A stretch of DNA of 64,000 nucleotides from NCBI GenBank assembly GCA_964546335.1, contig CAZJJN010000006.1:12120-76119 (forward strand). The letters run 5' to 3'. The notes under the pieces were generated by a model that was not told the origin of the DNA, did no database searches, and worked only from the letters and a program-made list of their open reading frames with translations. This DNA comes from an uncultured Phycisphaeraceae bacterium (GTDB taxonomy: Bacteria; Planctomycetota; Phycisphaerae; Phycisphaerales; Phycisphaeraceae). Positions 19,781-29,780 of the stretch are shown piece after piece (position 1 is the first letter of the stretch; each line of letters opens with the position of its first letter). A program made the position numbers and the translations under genes.

Positions 19781-22700
19781 TCAGACGAGCAATTCGTCAA
19801 CCGACTTGGCACTGGCATCCTCCCACAAACTAAGCAGGTCATTGCTGCCTGAGTTGTTGGATTGTTCATTCCAGGCGGCCAACGCGGTGTAATCACTTGC
19901 ATCAGATGCCGAGTCGCTTGTGCCAGCTTCTGTCTGCGACAGATTGACTGCTGCACTGACAGACTGGCCATAGTTGGTAGCGAGAATACTCAAGTCCAGA
20001 ACATCGATGTCGCCATCGTTGTTGTAATCGCCTTGTCCCCATTGCCCTGTGCCACCATAGTTCGTAGCCAGGATACTCAAGTCCAGGACATCAACTACGC
20101 CATCGCTGTTGGCATCGCCGGGGAGGTTGACATAGATGGGCTGTGAGACGTAATCATCACCTGCGGTCCCATCATCATTGCCATCCAATGGATTGCCCGA
20201 CTGGTCTGTAATGTTCGCAGCCAACACCTTCAATTCGTAATGACCATACGACAAACCTAATCCGGATAAATCGAGTTCTGCACTATGAGTCAGCGCGTTC
20301 CACGTGAGTTGTGAGGATGAAAGATCAACAGAACCGCCGCCTTGCAGATTCAGTTCAAAATCACTGAGAGCAGGTGTATTGATCGCTTCATCAAAAGCGA
20401 CTGTCACCACGGTAAGCTGATCCGGACGGGCCGCATCATTTGGTCGATCAACCTGTGAGACAGTGGGCGGGAAAGCCTGGATCGTGATGGCAAATTCATT
20501 TGAGAACGGCGAATAGGTGCCATCGGACGCACGGAACGAACGGACGCGGTAACGTACTTCACTGCCGTGGGGATGTGCCGTCGTGTCTGTGTAGGTATCA
20601 GCCGTCGTTGATAACGTGTCAATCGTATTCCAAGTTCCGCCATCAATTGATCGCTGAACCTGGCCAAAGGCCTTCAACGATACATTGTCTGTCCAATCCA
20701 GTTCAATCACGGCATCATTGGTTTGTGTGCCAGTCAAGTCACTGGCCGCATCGAATGCGCCATTGAAGCCACCGATGGTCACAAGGTGTGCTTCGGTGCC
20801 ACTATTGCGTGTCTTGGCCAATGCATTGTCCGTGGTGACCATTTCGCCATCGGTGGTATTGATGTCGATTGCTGCAACGACCAGACCATTGCGCACGGCG
20901 ATGCCGTATCCGCTTGAGTCAGTACCGTTTTCGCCGTAGGTAAATGGCGTCCAGTAAGGACGTTCAGAGAAGTCGGCGGCTAACTTGGCCACATAGGCTT
21001 CACCACCCAGATAGGGAGCGAGTGGTTCACCTTCAACCAGTCGACCGTCGCGGTTATAAAGAGAATAATATGTTTGACCGGTCAGGTAGACATTCCCATC
21101 CACGTCGGCGTCGAGACCGACAGGCACCAACGTGTTGGTCTTGCCTGAATCAAGTCGAGCTTGAAGCCATTGTCCCTGGTCGATGGCACCCGTTGCCGGG
21201 TCGTAACGTCCCACCCAGGTGACGTGAGCGCTGCCGGAGTTGAAATCTTGGCTGTAGTCATCGATCACTGGTTTTTGTGCGCCAGTCAGTTGCAGATCGA
21301 TGGTTTGCGTGTCATACAGGAACATGGAGGCGGTGCCAGCGCTCTCGGCTGCGAAATACAACATGCCATCCTGACCGATGGTCACACGTTCGCCATGGCT
21401 GTCCGCCACGGTACCGGGTTGTGGGCCATTGGTGGCAGCCGTACCTGTCGGCCAATCATAAATCTCCCAGGCGTGAGTCGTCAGGTCTGCCGGGTCCCAT
21501 GCCCGCACGTTGGCCACCGTGATGGGTAACGTCGAACCCCCACCGATCTGTCGCACATTGGTACCCGTGGTGTAAACCAAGTCATGTGTCGCGCTGTAAG
21601 CCACGTCATTGAGAACCTGATCACCCACAACACGCATCGCGCGTTCATTGCCAGCATCGTCAAACAGGTCAAACCAGCCGATGAAGTTACTTGGATAATA
21701 AAGCACTGCGAGATGGTTGTTGCTGCCCAGATCAACGCGGTCGACCTGCGGGCTGTCCGCATCAAGCGTGGGGGATGCTGCATGCACTGCCGAACCGTCT
21801 GATGTCAACACGACGGGCCCATAACCTGCCACCGCGACAGCAATGCGATCATCACTGCCTACTGACACATCTTTCACGCTTCCAGGCAGGTAGGTCACGC
21901 TGAGAACCTGGGTGCCGGAACTGTTCAGACGGATGACCGCTCCGTCCCCACCACCAAGCAGGTTGTAGGTCGTGGCTGTGAAAGGCAGGTCTGCTGCGCT
22001 CAGTTTGCCCACCATCACAATCGTGCCATCGGATTGTATTTCGACGCCACCAGCATCGTCGTTGCCACTGCCGCCGATGTACGTGGCGCTCAGGATGTCA
22101 ATGTCGGTGTTGAACGCGTTGGTGGTCGCCTGGGCATAACTTGACCAGGGCGAAGTTCCCTCGACATTGAAGCTGCGCACCCGGTAGTAATAAGTGGTGT
22201 CTGCCAGCAAACCTTCGTCCACGTAGAGTTCCGTATCGGGTGCAAGGGTTCCCAGGCTGGTCCAGACAAGTTTGCCTGTCTGGTCATCGATGATGGCTCG
22301 CTCCAACTCAAAGCCAAGTTCGTCCGACGAGGTATCATCCCATCGCACATCAATGCGTTGTACGGGTGCAGAACCAGCTCGCACGCTTACGGGAGGCGTG
22401 GGGCCGGGCGGGTAGCTATCGGTGAACGCGGCATTACCCAGCACGCCACCGATCACATTCGATGAATATCCCAAGCCTGATCCACGAGCCCACTCGAAAG
22501 TCAAGGTCTCGAAGCCGTTCACATCCAGATAGACATCCTCAATCAGCGGAAGGATGCCACCTTCAAGTGAAACATCTTCAAACCACAGCGTCTGTTCGTT
22601 GGCCAAACCATAATCGCCATAAACACGAAGCGTGAATGTGGCAGATGACTGCAATGGATCAACGAAAGCGTCAAAGCGGAAGATGTCCTGATCGTCAGGT

Positions 22701-25507
22701 ACGTAATACGTGGCGCGGACGGGTACCCATGGATAATTGCTCATGGCAAAACCCACGCCGTCGGCATATACCGTGCCATCATCTGCCTGGAAGGCTGAGC
22801 CATCCCACCATTGATCGTTGTAGAGGCCCACGCGTGGGTTGGGGGACTCTTCAAAGTCCGTGGTGCGGAAGAATTGGCGTTGATAGGCAAAGCCGGAGCC
22901 GCGCTTCACTTCATATTGAAGAGACTTCATGTCAGACAGTGAAAGACTGTCGGTTGGCGTGGCCCAGTCCACATTGGTGTAACTTGAATCGCCCGAAGCG
23001 CTGTAAGCCCGGACACGGTAATACTGCTGCACGCCGGGTGTCAGGCCTGTGTCGAGATAGCTGTAGGTATCGCCGCTCACGGTGGCAATTTCAGTCCAGT
23101 TCACAGCATCGAGTGATCGTTCAACTTTGAAACCATCTTCGTTGCTGGAAAGATCAGCCCAATACAAGACCAGTTGATCATCATGGCCTGCAACTGCTGA
23201 AGCTCTCAAAGAAGATGGAGCTTGAAGGTCACCCGGTGCGGCAGCGACGAAGCTGACATCCCCCAGCACCACAGCCGCACTGCCATGAGATGTTCCATCA
23301 TAAAGGTCTTCCTCGATCGTAATGGTAAAGGTCTCGTGTCCGGCCAGATCCACGTAAATATCTTCGAGTGTGACATACTGCCCTGCGCCATACGACAACA
23401 GTCCTTCATAGTGCACGACAGACCGGACGCCGGCGCTGGCATCTGTCCCAGCATTGAAGAATGTGCCTTGGTTGTCCTCTGTGTAATCGGAAGTGATTTT
23501 CAGTCGGATCAGCCGATCGCTGGCGGTCGCGGGTGTCCCTAAGTTGGCATCGATGAAGGCATCGAAGTGCAGAACCTGATTCGCTGTATCGGGGGGCACC
23601 ATAAACGTCAGTCCTGTCGTAGGATGGCCCGTCCCCGTGTCGAACAGCATGCCCAAACCTGTGGCATATGTCACCATGTCATGGGTTTCGAACGCCCCGA
23701 GATTACGCCATTGGCCGAAGCTGTGAAGGATGGCGTTGCTGGCCTGACCATCATCAATGCGCACCAACGGCGTGGCTTCAGTGAAGTCACCTGTTGCCGA
23801 CGCGGTTGTGCCGGTGATCGGCCCCATCACCGCACCAATGTCGTCACTGTTCAAAGGCTGCAACTGGTAGAGATACGCTGTTCCAGATGATGTGGTTGAA
23901 TCTGTCCAACTACGTGGGCCCTCGCCTCCGCCGACATTGGTCAGAACTGTCCACGTTGCGCCGCCGTTATCACTTCGCAAGATATTCACACTGCTTGTGT
24001 AGTCTGTCTGTCGCCAGGACAGTTCAATCTGGCTGCCATCACCCGGAACAGCACTGGCTCGGAGATTAGTCACTGATTGGCCCGGCCCATCAGGCATGGC
24101 CGAGACGAACTCCGCATCACCCAGGACCACGCCGACATGGTTGACATTCACCGGGATGTACTGATCGGTGTCGAAGACAAACTTGACGGTGCTTTCATTG
24201 GTCAAGTCAATGTAAACATCATCGAGAATCGGCATCACCCCGTCGCCGTGCGACAGGTTGGACTCAAACAGAAGATTATTGCTGCCATCCAACACACGCA
24301 GACGAATCAGTGCATCGTCGACATTGCCTGCAGCACCCACGTTTGCATCCACGAAGGCATCGAACTTCAAAACGCGCTGGTCCACCGGTTGCTGCGTCAC
24401 GTCATAACTGACCGTCAAACCCGGTTGAAAACCATCTCCAAAGTAGAAGCCCACGCCCTCGGCATACGTTGTGCCATCCGCAGCCTCGAAGGCGGAACTG
24501 TCAAACCATTGCTTGGCATGCACGCCTGAGTTCACGTTCGTATCGCCAGATGAGATATTCACCGAGGCGGGTACCTGGTCCGAGAGATAAGGTGACACGC
24601 CCAACTCCACGCTGAACTCGCGGAAGCCGGTCCAGATTCGGCTGGTACGCTGATTGACATCATGCATGAAACCCACGGCTGTGATGTCCGTCAGGCTGGA
24701 AGTGCTGACGTTGTAGACAGCCGAAGCATCATCAAAGAGGATGTTGTTGCCTGACGGTGAATAGACCGCCCACATCTCGTTTTCGAGTGCAGCACCCTCA
24801 AGGAAGGTAACGCCGCCGTTGAAGGTGGTCTGCGAGACATAGAACTGTGAGCCGTTGCGAAGCAGGAAGCGGCCTTCACCACCCTCAAAGTTGTTGTCTG
24901 TTTCGATGCGCAGGACGTCGTCGGCGTCAAGGGCTAAAGGCTGTGCGTCATACCCGGACTGGAAGTCGGCTTTCTGCCAGAAGAAAATGGATGTGTAGTC
25001 AGCAAGATTGTTTGGCTGATACATGATCGAGCCATCGTCTGGCGAGTCATTTCGGATGCCTGAGTGGTAGCCACTAAAACTGTTGCTGCCGCCAGTATCG
25101 TCGTAGCTGATGCCTGTGGCTGCTCCGTAGAACGTGGCATTGGGCCCTGCGTAATTCGAAGTGGGCGTGATGGGGGTGACATCGTTAAACGGGAAGGCGG
25201 TCAGTTGGTCAATGGCGTCTGCCTCGCCGTCGAAGTCGCCTGACACTTGAATTTGGCTTCGGCCCCAGCTCTGCTTGCTGGTCACGTACTCACCGCCCCA
25301 ATCCACGACCGTGGTGGAGAGTAGCAATCGAGGTTCAAGGGTTTCAAAGCCAAAGAGTTGACACGTGCTGGCTGAATCTGGAAACAATGTAGAACGATGG
25401 CTATCACGACAACTCATGTCAATACTCCAATGAATAGAACCAAATGCCCCACCTGATCGGGACGAGCTTTGTCTGACTAAATATAACCCACATTTCATGA
25501 TCAGCAC
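19781..25507 (-). CDS. giant secreted/surface protein: N-terminal 'LEPRLLLS' motif, 3x (NPCBM-like module + FN3), beta-propeller region, FN3, Ig-like domain, dockerin
   Basis: 1908-aa ORF. An alternative start at M31 (nt 25417) gives 'MSCRDSH...FGFETLEPRLLLS'. FN3-like units show W/Y/YYRVR patterns (e.g. 'LSWRQ..YLYQLQP', 'YYRVRAYS', 'YYYRVRSFN', 'VRYRVRSF'). 'ATYIGGSGNDDAGGVEIQSDGTIVMVG' is an SBBP-type propeller repeat. The C-terminal duplicated 'D.N.DG.VDVLDLSILATNYG' is a type-I dockerin pair (nt ~19964-20122). Confidence 0.85.
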   Translation of the reverse strand: MLIMKCGLYLVRQSSSRSGGAFGSIHWSIDMSCRDSHRSTLFPDSASTCQLFGFETLEPRLLLSTTVVDWGGEYVTSKQSWGRSQIQVSGDFDGEADAIDQLTAFPFNDVTPITPTSNYAGPNATFYGAATGISYDDTGGSNSFSGYHSGIRNDSPDDGSIMYQPNNLADYTSIFFWQKADFQSGYDAQPLALDADDVLRIETDNNFEGGEGRFLLRNGSQFYVSQTTFNGGVTFLEGAALENEMWAVYSPSGNNILFDDASAVYNVSTSSLTDITAVGFMHDVNQRTSRIWTGFREFSVELGVSPYLSDQVPASVNISSGDTNVNSGVHAKQWFDSSAFEAADGTTYAEGVGFYFGDGFQPGLTVSYDVTQQPVDQRVLKFDAFVDANVGAAGNVDDALIRLRVLDGSNNLLFESNLSHGDGVMPILDDVYIDLTNESTVKFVFDTDQYIPVNVNHVGVVLGDAEFVSAMPDGPGQSVTNLRASAVPGDGSQIELSWRQTDYTSSVNILRSDNGGATWTVLTNVGGGEGPRSWTDSTTSSGTAYLYQLQPLNSDDIGAVMGPITGTTASATGDFTEATPLVRIDDGQASNAILHSFGQWRNLGAFETHDMVTYATGLGMLFDTGTGHPTTGLTFMVPPDTANQVLHFDAFIDANLGTPATASDRLIRLKITSDYTEDNQGTFFNAGTDASAGVRSVVHYEGLLSYGAGQYVTLEDIYVDLAGHETFTITIEEDLYDGTSHGSAAVVLGDVSFVAAAPGDLQAPSSLRASAVAGHDDQLVLYWADLSSNEDGFKVERSLDAVNWTEIATVSGDTYSYLDTGLTPGVQQYYRVRAYSASGDSSYTNVDWATPTDSLSLSDMKSLQYEVKRGSGFAYQRQFFRTTDFEESPNPRVGLYNDQWWDGSAFQADDGTVYADGVGFAMSNYPWVPVRATYYVPDDQDIFRFDAFVDPLQSSATFTLRVYGDYGLANEQTLWFEDVSLEGGILPLIEDVYLDVNGFETLTFEWARGSGLGYSSNVIGGVLGNAAFTDSYPPGPTPPVSVRAGSAPVQRIDVRWDDTSSDELGFELERAIIDDQTGKLVWTSLGTLAPDTELYVDEGLLADTTYYYRVRSFNVEGTSPWSSYAQATTNAFNTDIDILSATYIGGSGNDDAGGVEIQSDGTIVMVGKLSAADLPFTATTYNLLGGGDGAVIRLNSSGTQVLSVTYLPGSVKDVSVGSDDRIAVAVAGYGPVVLTSDGSAVHAASPTLDADSPQVDRVDLGSNNHLAVLYYPSNFIGWFDLFDDAGNERAMRVVGDQVLNDVAYSATHDLVYTTGTNVRQIGGGSTLPITVANVRAWDPADLTTHAWEIYDWPTGTAATNGPQPGTVADSHGERVTIGQDGMLYFAAESAGTASMFLYDTQTIDLQLTGAQKPVIDDYSQDFNSGSAHVTWVGRYDPATGAIDQGQWLQARLDSGKTNTLVPVGLDADVDGNVYLTGQTYYSLYNRDGRLVEGEPLAPYLGGEAYVAKLAADFSERPYWTPFTYGENGTDSSGYGIAVRNGLVVAAIDINTTDGEMVTTDNALAKTRNSGTEAHLVTIGGFNGAFDAASDLTGTQTNDAVIELDWTDNVSLKAFGQVQRSIDGGTWNTIDTLSTTADTYTDTTAHPHGSEVRYRVRSFRASDGTYSPFSNEFAITIQAFPPTVSQVDRPNDAARPDQLTVVTVAFDEAINTPALSDFELNLQGGGSVDLSSSQLTWNALTHSAELDLSGLGLSYGHYELKVLAANITDQSGNPLDGNDDGTAGDDYVSQPIYVNLPGDANSDGVVDVLDLSILATNYGGTGQWGQGDYNNDGDIDVLDLSILATNYGQSVSAAVNLSQTEAGTSDSASDASDYTALAAWNEQSNNSGSNDLLSLWEDASAKSVDELLV

Positions 25508-25637
25508 GTATTCAACTTCACGCTTCTGACATAGTAAGCTAATGAATATGGCACCTTGTTTTTGGTCAGAAATAATGTGTGTGATGAAACCCCGGCCTAC
25601 AAGCTTGAGAGCTCGTTAGGTTGTTGCCAAATAACAC

Positions 25638-26825
25638 TTAATGGCCAAGTAGTTGCTCTTTCCGATATTGTCTTGGGGTCAGACCAGTCTCTTGCTTGAA
25701 GACCGTGCTGAAGCGCACGGGGCTACCAAAACCACATCTTTCTGCCACTTCTGCGATGCTGACCCCTTCTTGAGAGAGCAAGGCTCGGGCAGCTTCGACC
25801 TGACGTCTGCGAATCTCCTGAAAGACGCTGTGGCCAACTTCTTTACGAAAGACACGGTCAAGATAAGTTCTTGAACATTGAACCTGCTCCAGCACATCTT
25901 CCACGGTACAGTGATGGGTCGCATTTTCACGGATATAGGCCATGGCTTGGGAAATTCGCGAGTTCTTGAAACGGATGAAACTCGTGGAGGCTCTGACTTT
26001 GACCCCTTTGGGTTGGATGATGGGCAATTTTGAAGGAGGAGATCCCTCCATCATTCGTTCCAATTGTCTGGCAGCCTGCACGCCAACTTCCTCATAGGGC
26101 AAATAGACCGCAGATACAGACGGATAGGCCAGTTCCGTGATATTTTGGTCATCCTCAGCAGCCAGGACACAGATTTCTTCAGGGATCGCGATGCCAGCCA
26201 GTCTGCACAAATCGCTGCAGTGGTCGGCATAGCCTGCACTGCTGAACAGGATACCAACAGGTTTAGGCAAGCTTAAAAACCAATCCTGCATGACTTCATC
26301 AGTCTGCTCTTCAATCCTTGATGAATTGATATCGCAAGGGTTATCTCGATCTGTATAGAAACACTGAACTTTTAGGCCTCGATGCTCAGCGTATGCATGA
26401 AACGCTTGAGCCCGGCGCATGAACGCCCCGGACCAGGATTGCCCGAAAATGGCAAGCTCGGGTAGTTCTAGATCGACAAAATGCTCACATGCTATCTCTC
26501 CCATGGCCATATCGTTGAATTCGCTCCAGGCTACACGTTTCAACTCCAGTTGCTCACCATTTGCGGGGTGGCCGGTGCACAACACGGTTGGCAACCCCAG
26601 GGCAAGATATTTCCGCGCCTGCTGCATGCTGGTATTGAGCAGCAGCCCATCAGGTTGAAGTCGTTTTAGTAAATCCTCTGTGCCTTCTTTCAGGGGGTTA
26701 CGCGTCACCAAACGCCAAGGCAATGAGGGTCGGCTGTAACCGATGAAGCCTCGCAAAATGTCAATCATCACGCCGCCCCCTCCCACTGTGATGATGGCAA
26801 TCAACTTGTCTCTTCGGTGGGGCAT
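25638..26825 (-). CDS. XylR-like transcriptional regulator (periplasmic-binding-fold sensor + AraC-type HTH)
   Basis: 395 aa. The C-terminal 'SIAEVAERCGFGSPVRFSTVFKQETGLTPRQYR' is the AraC/XylS HTH signature. The N-terminal ~280 aa has a sugar-binding-fold length and pattern as in XylR. Confidence 0.8.
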   Translation of the reverse strand: MPHRRDKLIAIITVGGGGVMIDILRGFIGYSRPSLPWRLVTRNPLKEGTEDLLKRLQPDGLLLNTSMQQARKYLALGLPTVLCTGHPANGEQLELKRVAWSEFNDMAMGEIACEHFVDLELPELAIFGQSWSGAFMRRAQAFHAYAEHRGLKVQCFYTDRDNPCDINSSRIEEQTDEVMQDWFLSLPKPVGILFSSAGYADHCSDLCRLAGIAIPEEICVLAAEDDQNITELAYPSVSAVYLPYEEVGVQAARQLERMMEGSPPSKLPIIQPKGVKVRASTSFIRFKNSRISQAMAYIRENATHHCTVEDVLEQVQCSRTYLDRVFRKEVGHSVFQEIRRRQVEAARALLSQEGVSIAEVAERCGFGSPVRFSTVFKQETGLTPRQYRKEQLLGH

Positions 26826-27005
26826 TTGTCCAGATTACCTACAACTCAGAAGTGGCCCAGTGTGTGTTAAATCCATTAAATATTCGTGTGATGAATTCAG
26901 TGGTATCCCAGCATGAAGGCATTATATTCATATTGTCAGTAAGACAATTTATTTATCAAGGCATCTATGTCTGCCGCTCAGAATCAGCGAAAAAAAAAGG
27001 AGAAA

Positions 27006-27842
27006 ATGATGAAAAGTTTGGTAACAACCAGCGTATTGGCTTTGGGGGTCGCCGCGACTGCTCAGGCAGGTGTTCTGTTTGAAGATGGTTATTCAACCGT
27101 CTCTGGAAACTACAGTTTCGCAAACGATGGCACCCCGACAACTTCGGTTGGGACTGCCTTGTCCTACGGCCTGCTTGATACAAGCGGTGGCAGTCTGGAT
27201 TTCTCCATTTTCCAGACGAACAGCAATGATGCTGACAGTACCGCCACAAACGATGCCGACTTTACGGATGAATTTCTGGATAATGCCGACGTCATTTATT
27301 TCAGCGTTCTGATGCAGGTGCCTGATCTGGCTGCGTTCGGCAATAATGGTGGTTCCGTTTATGTAGGTTTCAATAACACAGGCAACAATCCCTCCAGCTA
27401 TGGACTCGGTCTGCAAGTGGATGGCGCTGGCAACATCACGTATGCCGCCGACACGGGTAGTGGCAGTGCCAACCTTGGTGGAAGCGTTGCCGAAGGCGAG
27501 ACCGTGCTTCTGATTGGTCGTATCACCGGCTGGCCTGATTCTGCAAGCTATGATACGCCTTCGAGTTTTGAGTATGTATTGAACCCGGATCCTGCTGCTG
27601 CTGAACCGGGTACTTGGTCAAGTGTCTCGGCAGTGGGTAATACCAATCAAGTGACGGCACATAAGGCTTATCTTCGGGTTAATGCCTTTTCCAACAGTTG
27701 GAATGATGACAACACAGCCCGGTTCCTGATCGATGAACTTCGCGTGGGAATGACTTGGGATGATGTGACACCCGTTGTTCCCGAACCAGCCTCTCTGGCC
27801 CTACTCGGCATGGGTGGCTTGCTGATACTGCGTCGCCGCTGA
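27006..27842 (+). CDS. PEP-CTERM sorting-domain protein
   Basis: RBS AAGGAG at 26998-27003, then ATG at 27006. Signal peptide 'MMKSLVTTSVLALGVAATAQA'. C-terminal 'VPEPASLALLGMGGLLILRRR' is the PEP motif plus TM plus basic tail. Confidence 0.85.
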   Translation: MMKSLVTTSVLALGVAATAQAGVLFEDGYSTVSGNYSFANDGTPTTSVGTALSYGLLDTSGGSLDFSIFQTNSNDADSTATNDADFTDEFLDNADVIYFSVLMQVPDLAAFGNNGGSVYVGFNNTGNNPSSYGLGLQVDGAGNITYAADTGSGSANLGGSVAEGETVLLIGRITGWPDSASYDTPSSFEYVLNPDPAAAEPGTWSSVSAVGNTNQVTAHKAYLRVNAFSNSWNDDNTARFLIDELRVGMTWDDVTPVVPEPASLALLGMGGLLILRRR

Positions 27843-27872
27843 ACCATTAACGACAGCAAATAAAACAATCAC

Positions 27873-27907
27873 AAAAGCCTCAGCCTCAGGTTGAGGCTTT
27901 TTCTTTT
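27873..27907 (+). terminator. rho-independent terminator after the PEP-CTERM gene
   Basis: GCCTCA(27877-27882)...TGAGGC(27892-27897) stem followed by TTTTTCTTTT. Confidence 0.7.
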
Positions 27908-28055
27908 CACTGACTTGTTGTCACACGGGTTACTCGAGCTCGACTACTGCCCCCGCAGTGTGCCCCCCGAAACCCGCAGCGAAGATAGCATGCCGGGCGA
28001 ACTCACCTGTGGCCAACTCACGCGATAGCTTTGGTAGGTGTTTCGCGCGGTTGAT

Positions 28056-29780
28056 TTATTCTGCAACTTGCACGGTCACAGCGACATCATCTTCCTTGCC
28101 GTTGTCGCTGACCAGGTTTGGGCCGACCGACCAGAGCGAAAATGACTTGGCATCCTTGCTGACGCTGTAATTGAGCGGGGCATCGACGAAGGGATCGTCA
28201 GGCAATGCTTTGATGTAGTCGGGCACGAGTTCGCCAAGCTTGTCAGGCAGGCGTTTCTTGTCCTGCTCGAAGGCGGCGATGAGGAAAGCCAGACGGGTGA
28301 GGTGGTATTGGGCTTTCAGGTTGTATTCGTTCTGAAGCATTCGGATGTAAAGGTCACTTAGCTGCGATCCATAGAAGTCCAGAGGAGCATTCAGAAAGCG
28401 AGTCACGATTTCCCTTCGCTCTTCTGGTTCGGCGACTAAATACTGATGCCAGGTGCGTGGGGTCTTGAAGATTTCCGCTGATGTCTGATTCTTGCCAACG
28501 TTTTCCTGTTCAAAATAAGCCTTCAAACTTGCCAGTCGATCTGCAAAAGTACTTCCGCTCATTGCATTGCGTAACTTGCGATTGTCCTGAATGGTATCCG
28601 TAACCGCAAAGTTGAAATCTAAAGCCAAAGGCACAGGCTCATGCTCGATGTGGTTAGGATCAAACGAAGCTACAAGTACTCGAATACCCAGGGTCTTGGA
28701 AGTCGCTTCTTGCTGAAAAGCATCGAACTCAGCAAACAGTTCAAGGGGTTCATCGAATTCACGAAGGGCGGAATAGTCAGGTGAAGCGATTTGCAATGCC
28801 CATTTCTTGAGTAATGGCGAAGGGACACGGCGTAATTGTGCAAAGACAAGTTGAGAATCGTAAACCCCATACCATTGTGTGAACTTTGCAAGATTGTCAA
28901 CCGCATCTTCTGCTGGTAGTTGAATCGCAACCTGGCTGTGTTGCAAATCTTGCCAGGCATCTGCGATATTTCCAGCTTGCAATAGTTGCATTGAACGAAT
29001 TCGAACTGCTAAGCCATAACGAAAATGTATAAAAGATCGAATTGCATAAGCGCGAGTCGGGGTGGGGTAAACCAACAATGAGTCTTCAATGTAAACAGGA
29101 ACTGCTAGCTGTTTATGCTTCAGAATTGGAGTAAGTCTTTCAATGATTGGCTCATTGGCATTCAACCAGGCTGCGACATGTGGCTCATCCGCTGCCTTCC
29201 AAGGTGAAGTGGCAAGTCGGAGTTGAAGGTCTCTGAAATTCGCACTTCTGTCCGCAGGAAGAATATCTGACAGATATTTCCAACTCCCTTCCTTTGGTAG
29301 TTGCGCTACAACCTCCGGGTAATAGTGCTTGAATTCTGCCAACGCAGCAGGAGAGATGGAGTCGCTGCCCATGATGCGCAGCACATCCAGTGCGGCGTTG
29401 TCCTCGGCTTTCACATTCTTGAGATACTTGTCATTGATGGCCCGGTCGAAATTGATGCGGCCAGTGTCATCGCGGGGAAAATCCTTCAATTCGGGAAACT
29501 GCGAGTAATCCAGCGGAATCATGCCCCACTTGATGGCTCGCTTCTCCGCTTCAGTCAGTTCATAGCTGACGTTGATCGCTGTGTCGGTTGCCGGCGAGTC
29601 GGCTTTGGCCGAGGGGGTTGCAGCAGCGGAAGACGATTCGGCGTCTGGTTCTGCTGCAGCGGGTTGTTCTGGCGCAGGTTCGGCTAAGGTTGGCGCGACG
29701 CAGGCAAGTAAAACCGCGAGTGAGATCGTGAGTGTGAGTACGCGTGCGCGCGAAGCTAGTGATGTGATGCATACGGACAT
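28056..29780 (-). CDS. secreted hypothetical protein
   Basis: 574-aa ORF. Signal peptide 'LTISLAVLLACVAPTLAEP' is followed by a Pro/Ala/Glu-rich linker. The central part is visibly AT-richer. No recognisable family. Confidence 0.6.
   Translation of the reverse strand: MSVCITSLASRARVLTLTISLAVLLACVAPTLAEPAPEQPAAAEPDAESSSAAATPSAKADSPATDTAINVSYELTEAEKRAIKWGMIPLDYSQFPELKDFPRDDTGRINFDRAINDKYLKNVKAEDNAALDVLRIMGSDSISPAALAEFKHYYPEVVAQLPKEGSWKYLSDILPADRSANFRDLQLRLATSPWKAADEPHVAAWLNANEPIIERLTPILKHKQLAVPVYIEDSLLVYPTPTRAYAIRSFIHFRYGLAVRIRSMQLLQAGNIADAWQDLQHSQVAIQLPAEDAVDNLAKFTQWYGVYDSQLVFAQLRRVPSPLLKKWALQIASPDYSALREFDEPLELFAEFDAFQQEATSKTLGIRVLVASFDPNHIEHEPVPLALDFNFAVTDTIQDNRKLRNAMSGSTFADRLASLKAYFEQENVGKNQTSAEIFKTPRTWHQYLVAEPEERREIVTRFLNAPLDFYGSQLSDLYIRMLQNEYNLKAQYHLTRLAFLIAAFEQDKKRLPDKLGELVPDYIKALPDDPFVDAPLNYSVSKDAKSFSLWSVGPNLVSDNGKEDDVAVTVQVAE

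Noticed and set aside
19964-20122. Direct DNA repeat of about 40 nt (ACTCAAGTCCAG(A/G)ACATC...)
   Set aside because: It is explained by the two calcium-binding segments of the dockerin domain and is a coding duplication, not a mobile or regulatory repeat.
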